DNA of 64,000 nucleotides from a virus. Taxonomy: Duplodnaviria > Caudoviricetes. The position numbers and the translations under genes are program-made. This document shows, in pieces, positions 31,161-38,790 of this stretch. The DNA lies in the IMG/VR virus record IMGVR_UViG_2974611114_000001, positions 32,001-96,000 of that record. One strand, written 5' to 3'. Numbering within the stretch: position 1 is the stretch's first letter; each line of letters begins with the position of its first letter. A model generated the notes under the pieces. The model was not told the origin of the DNA. It worked only from the letters and a program-made list of their open reading frames with translations, and ran no database searches.

Positions 31161-32006
31161 ATGTCTAAGGAAAAGCAATTCGCCCCTGTACCAGAGCAGG
31201 AAGATTTATATAGGGAGCTATCCAGAATTGTTGAGATATTTAAAGTATCTAAAGGCGAACTACGACCACATTTTATGTTATCTGGTGCATCAGGGTCAGG
31301 AAAATCATTTCTTATACAAGCACTGGCATCCATAGCAAAAGTTGGTTTTCTTGAAATTAACGCAGCTCAGCTAACTAAAGAAGGCGTGTCTGGAAATAGC
31401 TTATCAAAGGCACTTAGTCCCCTTAGAGAGCGAGCTGGTAAACCTACAATAGTATTTGTTGATGAATTTGACAAACTGTTCATCTCTGGTAATACTAATA
31501 GTGAATTAGCCCATGAAAGTACTAATGGGGTTCAAAACGAGTTTCTAAAAATTCTAGAATCGGAAACTACTTCTGTATTTGGGGACTATGGCAAGTATGT
31601 AGAAGTTCCAACAAATAATGTTTTATATGTATTTGCAGGAGCATTCAATGGTGCCGAAAATCTGACGCTAGACAAGTTACGGGATATGGGAATTAAGACA
31701 GAGTTTCTAGGTCGTGTTGGGTTGATATATAATACTACCAAAATATCGTTGTCTAGTATGTTAAACTTCTTAACAGAAAATACACTACTAGACAAATATT
31801 TGAGTATCTTTCCTGAAGTAGATAAGCAGGAAGTAATAGATACTTTAATCCCTATCGTTAAAGATCAGTATGAGGAAAATACTCTTGGTCTTAGAATGAT
31901 AAACACCCTAATAACTAAATATTTTGTTAGTGAAGGTAAAATGACTCAGGGCAGTACTGATGAAGCCCCTGTATTACACCGAACACTTAAATTTGGAGCC
32001 AAATAA
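31161..32006 (+). CDS. ClpX-like AAA+ ATPase lacking Zn domain and IGF loop
   Basis: GASGSGKS, AAQLTKEGVSG, FVDEFDKL, GVQNEFLKILE, AGAF, G..TEFLGR, LGLR. Confidence 0.8.
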   Translation: MSKEKQFAPVPEQEDLYRELSRIVEIFKVSKGELRPHFMLSGASGSGKSFLIQALASIAKVGFLEINAAQLTKEGVSGNSLSKALSPLRERAGKPTIVFVDEFDKLFISGNTNSELAHESTNGVQNEFLKILESETTSVFGDYGKYVEVPTNNVLYVFAGAFNGAENLTLDKLRDMGIKTEFLGRVGLIYNTTKISLSSMLNFLTENTLLDKYLSIFPEVDKQEVIDTLIPIVKDQYEENTLGLRMINTLITKYFVSEGKMTQGSTDEAPVLHRTLKFGAK

Positions 32007-32428
32007 TGGAAGGTAATATGTTAGACTTTCTTCGGGCTGAAATTGCACAGGCACGATTAAAGAAAGATACTGAATGGGTCACAGTTGTATCTACTGCTGT
32101 ATCTGAGCTACAGTATCAGTTTGGTGATTTTGTAACTAAAGATCAACTAATTAAATACGCAAAAGCTCAGATTAGCGCCCTAGAAAAGGCTAAATTAAAA
32201 GCTAAAGAGCGTAAAATTGATGCAGAGATTAAAATGCCAGAACTTCAGCAAAAGTTATACGACATGATACTGCCACCACAGTTAACATACGATGATCTAC
32301 TAGAAGTACTTGTTGACTCTACAGGTGACACGTTAGGAACGCATATGAAGTTCCTAAAAGAACACTATAATGGTCAGTATGATGGTAAGATCGCAAAACA
32401 AGCTATTCTGGACTTCATGAGCATCTAA
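32006..32428 (+). CDS. YqeY/GatB-domain protein
   Basis: LPPQLT..., G.HMKFLKE.Y.GQYDGK. Confidence 0.8.
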   Translation: MEGNMLDFLRAEIAQARLKKDTEWVTVVSTAVSELQYQFGDFVTKDQLIKYAKAQISALEKAKLKAKERKIDAEIKMPELQQKLYDMILPPQLTYDDLLEVLVDSTGDTLGTHMKFLKEHYNGQYDGKIAKQAILDFMSI

Positions 32429-32441
32429 TTTAAAATTTTAG

Positions 32442-32470
32442 TTGCTAAATGCTAAAAACTTTGATATAAT
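32442..32470 (+). promoter_or_regulatory. T5-type early promoter
   Basis: TTGCTA-17-TATAAT; the same TTG(A/C)NN-17-TATAAT-ATWT pattern recurs at ~28328, 28874, 33735, 36128, 38297, 39342, 41536, 44508, 48653, 49199, 50857, 53691, 58678. Confidence 0.8.
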
Positions 32471-32476
32471 ATTTAT

Positions 32477-33200
32477 ATTAAATCGGAACACGGATTATTA
32501 ATAATTCTAATAGTACGATTTCAGGGTACAGCAGGCAGACTATGCTGGTAATATAAGTACATTGTGCTAATTACGAATAGAATCTGTGGGTTTCACTATC
32601 ATAGTGTATAATTTGGCTCTTAACCACCCCGTAAACTCTACCCTTGCATTTTACTACGGTTTAATGCAGAAGAAAGTAAGTATCTTGGTACAAGAGGCGT
32701 AGACACAGGATCGCGGTGCAAATCCGTTAAGTTATCTGCATAAAAGAAGCAACGAAATCTACTCGTCTGGGTTCAACTCCCAGTAACAGATAATAAGGTA
32801 CTAAGAGAAAACAACGAATAAGTATACTAGGTCGCGAACTACTATACTGAGTCCCTAATACTAAATTAGGAAATGTGGAGCTGATCACTTCCCATTTCGG
32901 GATATACTACCTCATGGGGCACCAATATTAATAGCGGAACCCATACGCTTCCTAGGCACGTAAGGGATAAGTCATGACACCCTGCCTATGATGGAATATT
33001 GGAGAAAGTGGTAGTGTAATCCCGAAATGGGTGTGTCGAACTCACTTATGTTGTAACCCTGTTAATATATGAGAGTGTTTACGGGAGTATATTAATAAGA
33101 ACAAGATAACTGGGGCTTATATATTAAGCATCGCTGGCACTACGAACAGTATCCAGGTCTGACCAGGAGACGCTGTTAATGAAGAAAGCCAAAACCCATT
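32477..33200 (+). ncRNA. candidate large structured ncRNA (~720 nt)
   Basis: No ORF; promoter directly upstream; more than 10 helices including long-range pairings and two T-loop hairpins. Confidence 0.7.
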
Positions 33201-33242
33201 ACTTAATTATCAGAGATAACCTATTAATTCGGAGATAAAGCA

Positions 33243-33575
33243 ATGAATTGTCTAACAAATAGAGACGTTAGAGTAATACTAGAAACATTACCATTATACT
33301 TTAAAACAAGATTAGATAGCTCAGTGGATTGTCATACTGAACTTGCAAAGGCTCTAGGGGAGTCCAGATTTGAAGCCAAAGCAAAGCTATATCAGTTCCT
33401 ATACTCGTATAATGGAGTAGCCCAACTTTTATGGGTACGTAAACCTTACGTAGCGCTACATATTATGGCTACTGAATTATCCAATCTAAAAGGAACAACA
33501 ATTAAAGAAGAGCTAGATCAGGCAGAAGTAAAGGCAGCTATAAAACTTAATATGCCAGAACGCTTCTGTCAGTAA
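33243..33575 (+). CDS. hypothetical protein
   Basis: GGAG RBS, 110 aa. Confidence 0.7.
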   Translation: MNCLTNRDVRVILETLPLYFKTRLDSSVDCHTELAKALGESRFEAKAKLYQFLYSYNGVAQLLWVRKPYVALHIMATELSNLKGTTIKEELDQAEVKAAIKLNMPERFCQ

Positions 33576-33639
33576 AGTATTCCCTACTACCTTAGGGAAC
33601 CGTAGAGCTGGGACATCTCTTTAATCTGTCCTACACTAT

Positions 33640-33715
33640 GCGCCCTTAGCTCAGTGGATAGAGCAATAGCCTTCTAAGCTATGGGTCGTAGGTTCGAATC
33701 CTACAGGGCGTACCA
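33640..33715 (+). tRNA. tRNA-Arg(UCU)
   Basis: Cloverleaf, anticodon loop CT-TCT-AA, encoded CCA. Confidence 0.95.
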
Positions 33716-33788
33716 TAAAACTTTATAATTTTACTTGCTAAATGCTTACAATTATAATATAATATTTATTATAAAGTTTAAGGAAAAG

Positions 33789-34045
33789 AATAAATAAAAA
33801 TCTACTTTTGGAGATAGTAAAAGTCACTGCGAAGTTACGGGTGTTTACAAGAGCACTGCGGGAGAGCCTAATAGTAATAGGGCAACCAATTCCACACCAG
33901 CTATGGTTCTCTGTATCTTAGGGCAGAGGGAATTCCTAACCGAAAGGTAACTATTCAGGGGGCGATCAGGTAAACTATACTATCTTAGTAGCTGGTTACT
34001 ACTACGGGCAACTTGTAAGTCGCAAAAGTAGATTCTTTATTTATT
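33789..34045 (+). ncRNA. candidate structured ncRNA (~255 nt)
   Basis: Own promoter (33735-33763); terminal helix AATCTACTTTTG/CAAAAGTAGATT and inner helices. Confidence 0.6.
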
Positions 34046-34050
34046 TTTAT

Positions 34051-34135
34051 GCAGGATTAGTCTAGCGGCAATGACAGGAGACTGTAAATCTCCGCCTCTC
34101 GGGGTTCCGTGGTTCGAGTCCACGATCCTGCACCA
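34051..34135 (+). tRNA. tRNA-Tyr(GUA)
   Basis: CT-GTA-AA loop, long variable arm, CCA. Confidence 0.95.
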
Positions 34136-34212
34136 ACTTGTAAGTCGGGGAATAACGTCCGCAATCAATGAAGTAATAATTTCATTCTGTGCACTCCCCG
34201 ACAATGTATTAT

Positions 34213-34290
34213 ATCGTAGTGGACAAATTGGTAAAGTCACTACCCTTTCAAGGTAGATCTCTGGGGGTTCAAGTCCCCTCTACGATGCCA
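34213..34290 (+). tRNA. tRNA-Glu(UUC)
   Basis: CT-TTC-AA loop, CCA. Confidence 0.9.
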
Positions 34291-34455
34291 TTTTAGTAAT
34301 ACTTTAGTCGGTAGGGCTTTCAACAATTCATATACTCTAAGTATTACTAGTAAATAAAGCAACAAGTACGCTCTTAGGTACACTTTATACGCGAATAAGG
34401 GTTAGTAGTAGCGTGTACAAACGAGTAGCCCTGAAACACCCAAAGTTGCTTTTAT

Positions 34456-34531
34456 ACTTCGATAGCTTAGTAGGTAGAGCACTCGGCTGATAACTGAGAG
34501 GTCACTGGTTCGATCCCAGTTCGAAGTACCA
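34456..34531 (+). tRNA. tRNA-Ile(GAU)
   Basis: CT-GAT-AA loop, CCA. Confidence 0.93.
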
Positions 34532-34554
34532 TTTTAACTTATCTAGGAGTTACT

Positions 34555-34902
34555 ATGTTAGATAATATATTTGCTGGAGACTTTAAAAACATTCGTGACG
34601 TGGAAAGTGAGTTCGAACTACCTACTGGTATGTTAGAAGACATTACTATTATATACGCAGTATATAACCAACCACAGTATGAGGGGTACGCAGAAGTATA
34701 CTTTAAAGATAATTTAACAGGTCTTTATTATGAAGTTCACGGTAGTCACTGCTCATGCTACGGTCTAGAAAATCAATGGAGTCCGGAGCTTATTGGGGAT
34801 AAAGACGCATTCCTAGCCTACGCCAATCGTGTAGAGGTTATGACAGCGCAAAAAGATTATTATTTTGAGGGACATGTTCCTTTAATACAAATTATAGGGT
34901 AG
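34555..34902 (+). CDS. conserved phage hypothetical protein
   Basis: YEG.A...YEVHGSHCSCYGLE.QW motif; stop lies inside tRNA-Asn. Confidence 0.75.
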   Translation: MLDNIFAGDFKNIRDVESEFELPTGMLEDITIIYAVYNQPQYEGYAEVYFKDNLTGLYYEVHGSHCSCYGLENQWSPELIGDKDAFLAYANRVEVMTAQKDYYFEGHVPLIQIIG

Positions 34903-34981
34903 TTAGCCAAGCGGTTTGGCGGTGGACTGTTAATCCATGTTCGAAAGAACGACGCAGGTTCGAATCCTGCACTGCCCGCCA
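34897..34981 (+). tRNA. tRNA-Asn(GUU) with long variable arm
   Basis: CT-GTT-AA loop, GTTC-GAAA-GAAC variable arm, GCCA. Confidence 0.9.
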
Positions 34982-34987
34982 GTTAAT

Positions 34988-35064
34988 TGCGAGTTAGAAG
35001 TTCTGGTGAACTCTCTGGTCTCATAAGCCAGCTTAGGTAGGTTCGATTCCTGCACTCGCTACCA
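34988..35064 (+). tRNA. tRNA-fMet(CAU)
   Basis: CAT anticodon, 1:72 mismatch (U:U), ACCA. Confidence 0.85.
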
Positions 35065-35081
35065 ATTACTGAGGTAACAGT

Positions 35082-35429
35082 ATGTTTCCACTATTATTAT
35101 GGTTGGATGATTTAAGAGACCCAAAAGACTTTACTGATACAGACGTATTTAAAAAGGTTATTTGGGCGAAAACCTTTAGCGAAGCACTATCAGCTTTAGA
35201 TGGCTGTAGTGATAATATTACCCATATCTCACTAGATAATGACCTAGGCGAAGATAAGGAAGGGAATGATGTACTAAATTTTGTGGAAGAACTCCTTCAT
35301 AGTGGAGAGTTGCCAAATCTAAGAGAAGTATATGTACACTCCCACAACCCCTCCGCGGTTGACAAGATGATGTTAGCAAAGCAGAGTCTTAGTAACTACG
35401 GAGTATTATTAATACAAAATAAGGCTTAA
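35082..35429 (+). CDS. cyclic-phosphate-processing Receiver-domain protein
   Basis: LWLDD.R.P, ISLDNDLG, G.D, VHS.NP pattern. Confidence 0.75.
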   Translation: MFPLLLWLDDLRDPKDFTDTDVFKKVIWAKTFSEALSALDGCSDNITHISLDNDLGEDKEGNDVLNFVEELLHSGELPNLREVYVHSHNPSAVDKMMLAKQSLSNYGVLLIQNKA

Positions 35430-35430
35430 T

Positions 35431-35823
35431 ATGTATCTTATAACAGACCACCCACTCTTAAAGCGTAAAGTAAGTAAAGTATACACGTCTAAAAAGACTG
35501 GTACTCAATTTGTCTATGATCAAGATAACAAATCAGTGTCTATTAAGGATTTAATTGCTCTTGGAATAGATTTTAAATTGTCTGAAATCCGACCAACAAC
35601 TACTACTAAGAGCAGTGCTAGGGTGAGCTCAAAGGTAGATGGTTTGATAGATAAGTTAGTCGATGCCTTAGTAGATGATTCAGGTAATGTTAAAGTTAAC
35701 TCAAAGGTAGACGATTTGATAGACGATTTGGTCGATGCCTTAGTAGACGATTTGGTAGAAACAAAGACAACCCACAAACCAACGTTTTGGGAACGAATTA
35801 AAAAATTATTTAAGCGTGCGTAA
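35431..35823 (+). CDS. hypothetical protein with internal acidic repeat
   Basis: SKVD.LID.LVDALVDD twice. Confidence 0.7.
   Translation: MYLITDHPLLKRKVSKVYTSKKTGTQFVYDQDNKSVSIKDLIALGIDFKLSEIRPTTTTKSSARVSSKVDGLIDKLVDALVDDSGNVKVNSKVDDLIDDLVDALVDDLVETKTTHKPTFWERIKKLFKRA
35628..35760 (+). repeat. intragenic tandem duplication (72-bp period)
   Basis: CTCAAAGGTAGA...GTCGATGCCTTAGTAGA at 35628 and 35700. Confidence 0.8.
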
Positions 35824-35889
35824 GATAGTGGCTATTCGGTCGGGCTTCCAACCCGTACAGCGAGGGTTCGAGTCCCTCCGCCCGCACCA
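35814..35889 (+). tRNA. tRNA-Gly(UCC)
   Basis: CT-TCC-AA loop, CCA; one acceptor mismatch. Confidence 0.88.
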
Positions 35890-35905
35890 AATTTAAGGCA
35901 GTATT

Positions 35906-36118
35906 ATGCAGAAAAGTAGAGCTAAAATATCACTGTTACGGATGCCAGTTATACTAGAGTCTCCTAATATTTTAGTCATGGAAATCCCTGAAAGAACAAC
36001 TCGTAAGCAATTAGTTATTGTAGATAGGGAAGTATTTGATATAACACCTACTTTTGAGCAAGTACCTGTTAAGGAAGTGCTACTGCATACTTTTGATAGC
36101 TTATGCATTTTAGATTAA
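35906..36118 (+). CDS. hypothetical protein
   Basis: 70-aa ORF with RBS. Confidence 0.55.
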   Translation: MQKSRAKISLLRMPVILESPNILVMEIPERTTRKQLVIVDREVFDITPTFEQVPVKEVLLHTFDSLCILD

Positions 36119-36186
36119 AAATTTACTTGCCAAAACGCTAAATTTCAATTATAATATATCTATAAATTGAAATGAGGAAATAATAA

Positions 36187-36372
36187 ATGACTTTTAGACC
36201 CTATTCAGATGGTAGTTGTAATGTAGCAGTTCAAATAGGCGATGGTATTGTTGAGCATATTAAAGTACCAAAACCGGTATATGATTACATCTTACAGCTT
36301 GAAAACGCCGTTCGTGATGAAACTGGTTATGTAAGGTCTAAATTGAAAGAAATTTATCCATCACGATTCTAA
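36187..36372 (+). CDS. hypothetical protein
   Basis: Promoter at 36128, GAGG RBS. Confidence 0.65.
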   Translation: MTFRPYSDGSCNVAVQIGDGIVEHIKVPKPVYDYILQLENAVRDETGYVRSKLKEIYPSRF

Positions 36373-36375
36373 TAA

Positions 36376-36452
36376 GCACCTATCGTCTAGTTCGGTTAGG
36401 ACACTTGCCTTTCACGCAAGTAACATGGGTTCAAATCCCATTAGGTGTACCA
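36376..36452 (+). tRNA. tRNA-Glu(UUC), second copy
   Basis: CT-TTC-AC loop, CCA. Confidence 0.92.
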
Positions 36453-36458
36453 ACTTAC

Positions 36459-36537
36459 GGGGATTGGGAATGCTTGGGGTGTTCACCTCGCTTGCACCGA
36501 GGATATCAGGAGGGTTCGAATCCCTCAATCTCCACCA
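36459..36537 (+). tRNA. tRNA-Ala(UGC)
   Basis: CT-TGC-AC loop, G3:U70, CCA. Confidence 0.92.
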
Positions 36538-36555
36538 ATTAAAGAGTAGTTAGCT

Positions 36556-36807
36556 ATGATGAAATTATCGAGTTCAAAAGCTTTGGATAGCTTTCTCCTA
36601 AATAAAGGATACATATTCATAGGCAGAGCAGCTACATGTAGTGGCAAGACTTACTCAGTGTGGGCGTATCCCAATACAGATAATATAATGGAGAACGCTA
36701 GAACCTCCTGTGCTATTGAAGGGCACGCACTTTCAGAATCTGAATTTGAAAAAGTAAAACACCTATCAGATAAATTGGAGGCATTAGATTGTGCACATAC
36801 TTTTTAA
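36556..36807 (+). CDS. hypothetical protein
   Basis: ORF track, in operon. Confidence 0.6.
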   Translation: MMKLSSSKALDSFLLNKGYIFIGRAATCSGKTYSVWAYPNTDNIMENARTSCAIEGHALSESEFEKVKHLSDKLEALDCAHTF

Positions 36808-37148
36808 ACTGGATGGGTGTGGTTAATGTAGGGTGGTATGAAGATAATAACGTACCATTTACAGAGGTAGAAGTAGAGTCTACACTCACCCCTGGAACCT
36901 TCTATACAAAAAGGGAATATGCTACTTATTATTGCTGTGGTAGAATAGACGTAGATGATGACACCACGTTTGGTAGTGAGATAAGCGTACCTGTAATGGA
37001 CGCAGAATCCTGGAATTCGTTTAGTGATTTTTTATGGGATTTAGAAACAGAAAATCCTATCTATGATCTTAAAGAGCTAGAAAGGCTATACACCGAGTCT
37101 ACTGGATTAAAGATCAACTGGTTTAAAGAACAAACGTGTGTAGCATAG
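36789..37148 (+). CDS. hypothetical protein
   Basis: ORF track, in operon. Confidence 0.65.
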   Translation: MCTYFLNWMGVVNVGWYEDNNVPFTEVEVESTLTPGTFYTKREYATYYCCGRIDVDDDTTFGSEISVPVMDAESWNSFSDFLWDLETENPIYDLKELERLYTESTGLKINWFKEQTCVA

Positions 37149-37159
37149 GATTAGTTACC

Positions 37160-37451
37160 CTATGTAAAGCATGACAGGGCTGAGTAGGCTTACTAGCAAG
37201 CTCCAGCCGACGCCTTAAGTGGCATGCTAGCCTCATTAAACAGTCTAACTAACTAAGTGGGAGAAGAGGGTAGCCCACCTTTAATTAACTTAGTTGATTA
37301 AAGTATGTGTGCAAGAACTAGAACCACCCGCCAAAAGAATGCGATTCTACATACTAGATTAGATGGGACTTGGTTTACCCTGAGGATTGGCGATCCAATA
37401 TAGCATAAAAGTTCGATAGGTATATGCTAGTAATACCTACGGCACACATAG
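37160..37451 (+). ncRNA. candidate structured ncRNA (~290 nt)
   Basis: Nested terminal helices CTATGT/ACATAG and GTAGG.TTACTAGCA/TGCTAGTAA.CCTAC. Confidence 0.6.
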
Positions 37452-37477
37452 CTTTAATCAACTATAAGGAACCTACT

Positions 37478-37735
37478 ATGTATGATGAAGAATTGAAAGA
37501 AAGAGCTAGGAAAGTAGTTGAAGAGCTATTTAGTGGTAGCCTTAAACCACAAGTATTCACGCAGCCAAAAGGCATGTGCAAAGTATGTGGAGAGGAACGA
37601 GTAGAGGATCTACTATATCACGGAGCTGGTAAAGGGGCTTTAATCTACTTACCTTGCCGACATTCAGTTCATTTTGCTGATGGTAAACCAGAGGTATGGG
37701 AAGATTCAGAGGGCAATGAAGTAGAGATTAAATAG
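37478..37735 (+). CDS. Zn-finger hypothetical protein
   Basis: Start MYDEEL after AAGGA; CKVC...C.H. Confidence 0.65.
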   Translation: MYDEELKERARKVVEELFSGSLKPQVFTQPKGMCKVCGEERVEDLLYHGAGKGALIYLPCRHSVHFADGKPEVWEDSEGNEVEIK

Positions 37736-37811
37736 CCGAGGTGACGGAATAGGCATACGTACTGTGCTTAAAACGCAGGTTCTGCGGGTTCGATCCCCGC
37801 CCTCGGCACCA
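37735..37811 (+). tRNA. tRNA-Leu(UAA), short variable loop
   Basis: CT-TAA-AA loop, CCA. Confidence 0.9.
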
Positions 37812-37816
37812 AATTT

Positions 37817-37894
37817 GGGACTATGGCGGAATTGGCATACGCGCTAGTTTTAGGTACTAGTACCTTGGGAGTTCGACTCTCCCTAGTCCCACCA
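37817..37894 (+). tRNA. tRNA-Leu(UAG), short variable loop
   Basis: TT-TAG-GT loop, CCA. Confidence 0.9.
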
Positions 37895-37901
37895 AATTTA
37901 T

Positions 37902-37993
37902 AGAAGAACAAACCTATTGGAGAGGGGAGCTACTTGGAAAGTAGCTGAGTGTCGAAAGACGCCTTGTGGGTTCGACTCCCACTTCTTCTGCCA
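37902..37993 (+). tRNA. tRNA-Ser(GGA)
   Basis: TT-GGA-AA loop, long variable arm, GCCA. Confidence 0.9.
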
Positions 37994-38072
37994 AAATTAT
38001 AGCTAAGCTAGAGGTAAGCAAGTATCTGTTAAATACTTATTAAGGGACTGCTAATTCCCCCTTATTTATTAT

Positions 38073-38199
38073 AGTCATCGCGGATGTGGTGTAATCCGAT
38101 TCGGGAGAGGGTACTGATACGGAGTTCGAATCTCCGCGCTAAGATGGGTCTGGGTAAATCCGCACCGAATGATGGGGTTCAATTCCTCAATGACTACCA
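38073..38199 (+). ncRNA. tRNA-like RNA with an extra T-arm in place of the anticodon loop
   Basis: Acceptor AGTCAT/ATGACT + ACCA, D-like arm CGGAT/ATCCG, ATTCGG/CCGAAT stem enclosing CGGAG-TTCGAAT-CTCCG, terminal T-arm. Confidence 0.7.
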
Positions 38200-38204
38200 A
38201 TTTT

Positions 38205-38280
38205 GCCAGTATAGCTCAGTAGGTAGAGCAGTCGCCTTGTAAGCGTCAGGTCATGGGTTCAATTCCTATTGCTGGCACCA
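38205..38280 (+). tRNA. tRNA-Thr(UGU)
   Basis: CT-TGT-AA loop, CCA. Confidence 0.93.
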
Positions 38281-38345
38281 ATTTTAAAAATTTAGTTGCC
38301 AAGTTACCCAATTTATTATATAATATATTTATAAATTAAAGATAT

Positions 38346-38421
38346 AGGGGTTTATTATAATGGCTATTATGCAGGTCTCCAAAACCTTGCGATGTGGGTT
38401 CGATTCCTACAACCTCTGCCA
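38346..38421 (+). tRNA. tRNA-Trp(CCA)
   Basis: CT-CCA-AA loop, GCCA. Confidence 0.92.
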
Positions 38422-38440
38422 AATTTAAAGGAACGACAGT

Positions 38441-38611
38441 ATGAAAGTTGATAAGATTTTACGATGCAAGAAGTGCGGAGATCAGCACCACTTTACACAT
38501 CGAGGGGAGTTCTGGATGTGTAAGTGTAACTCTATTGGTTTCGATGCTGGAGATTCCTATTACTGTCGTTGGTTAGGTGATACTAAGCTGTTTGATTGGA
38601 TTAAGAAATGA
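38441..38611 (+). CDS. small Cys-rich protein (not in ORF track)
   Basis: MKVDKILRCKKCGD...CKC..IGFD.G after AAGGA RBS. Confidence 0.6.
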   Translation: MKVDKILRCKKCGDQHHFTHRGEFWMCKCNSIGFDAGDSYYCRWLGDTKLFDWIKK

Positions 38612-38790
38612 TTTTGCTAACTGGAAGAGTACGGGCAATAGTACAGTATCCTTGTGGAGACATTAGAGAAATACTATTACCAAATATAGTATCGGGGTAC
38701 ACACACGAAGAGCTACATAAATACCTGGATACCGTAGAAACTACTCTAGATATAGTTATTATTGATTGGGAGATTATTGACGATGAGTAG
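38608..38790 (+). CDS. hypothetical protein
   Basis: ATGA coupling. Confidence 0.6.
   Translation: MILLTGRVRAIVQYPCGDIREILLPNIVSGYTHEELHKYLDTVETTLDIVIIDWEIIDDE

Noticed and set aside
34037-34256. ORFs 34037-34240 and 34071-34256
   Set aside because: They overlap tRNA-Tyr/Glu and are artefacts of tRNA sequence
17045-37451. Identifying the large RNAs as RNase P, tmRNA, or group I/II introns
   Set aside because: No matched P4 pair (GAGGAAAGUCC/CGGCUUA; only a partial GAGGAAAG near 17410), no tmRNA ends or tag ORF, no P7 or domain V signature, and no interrupted exons
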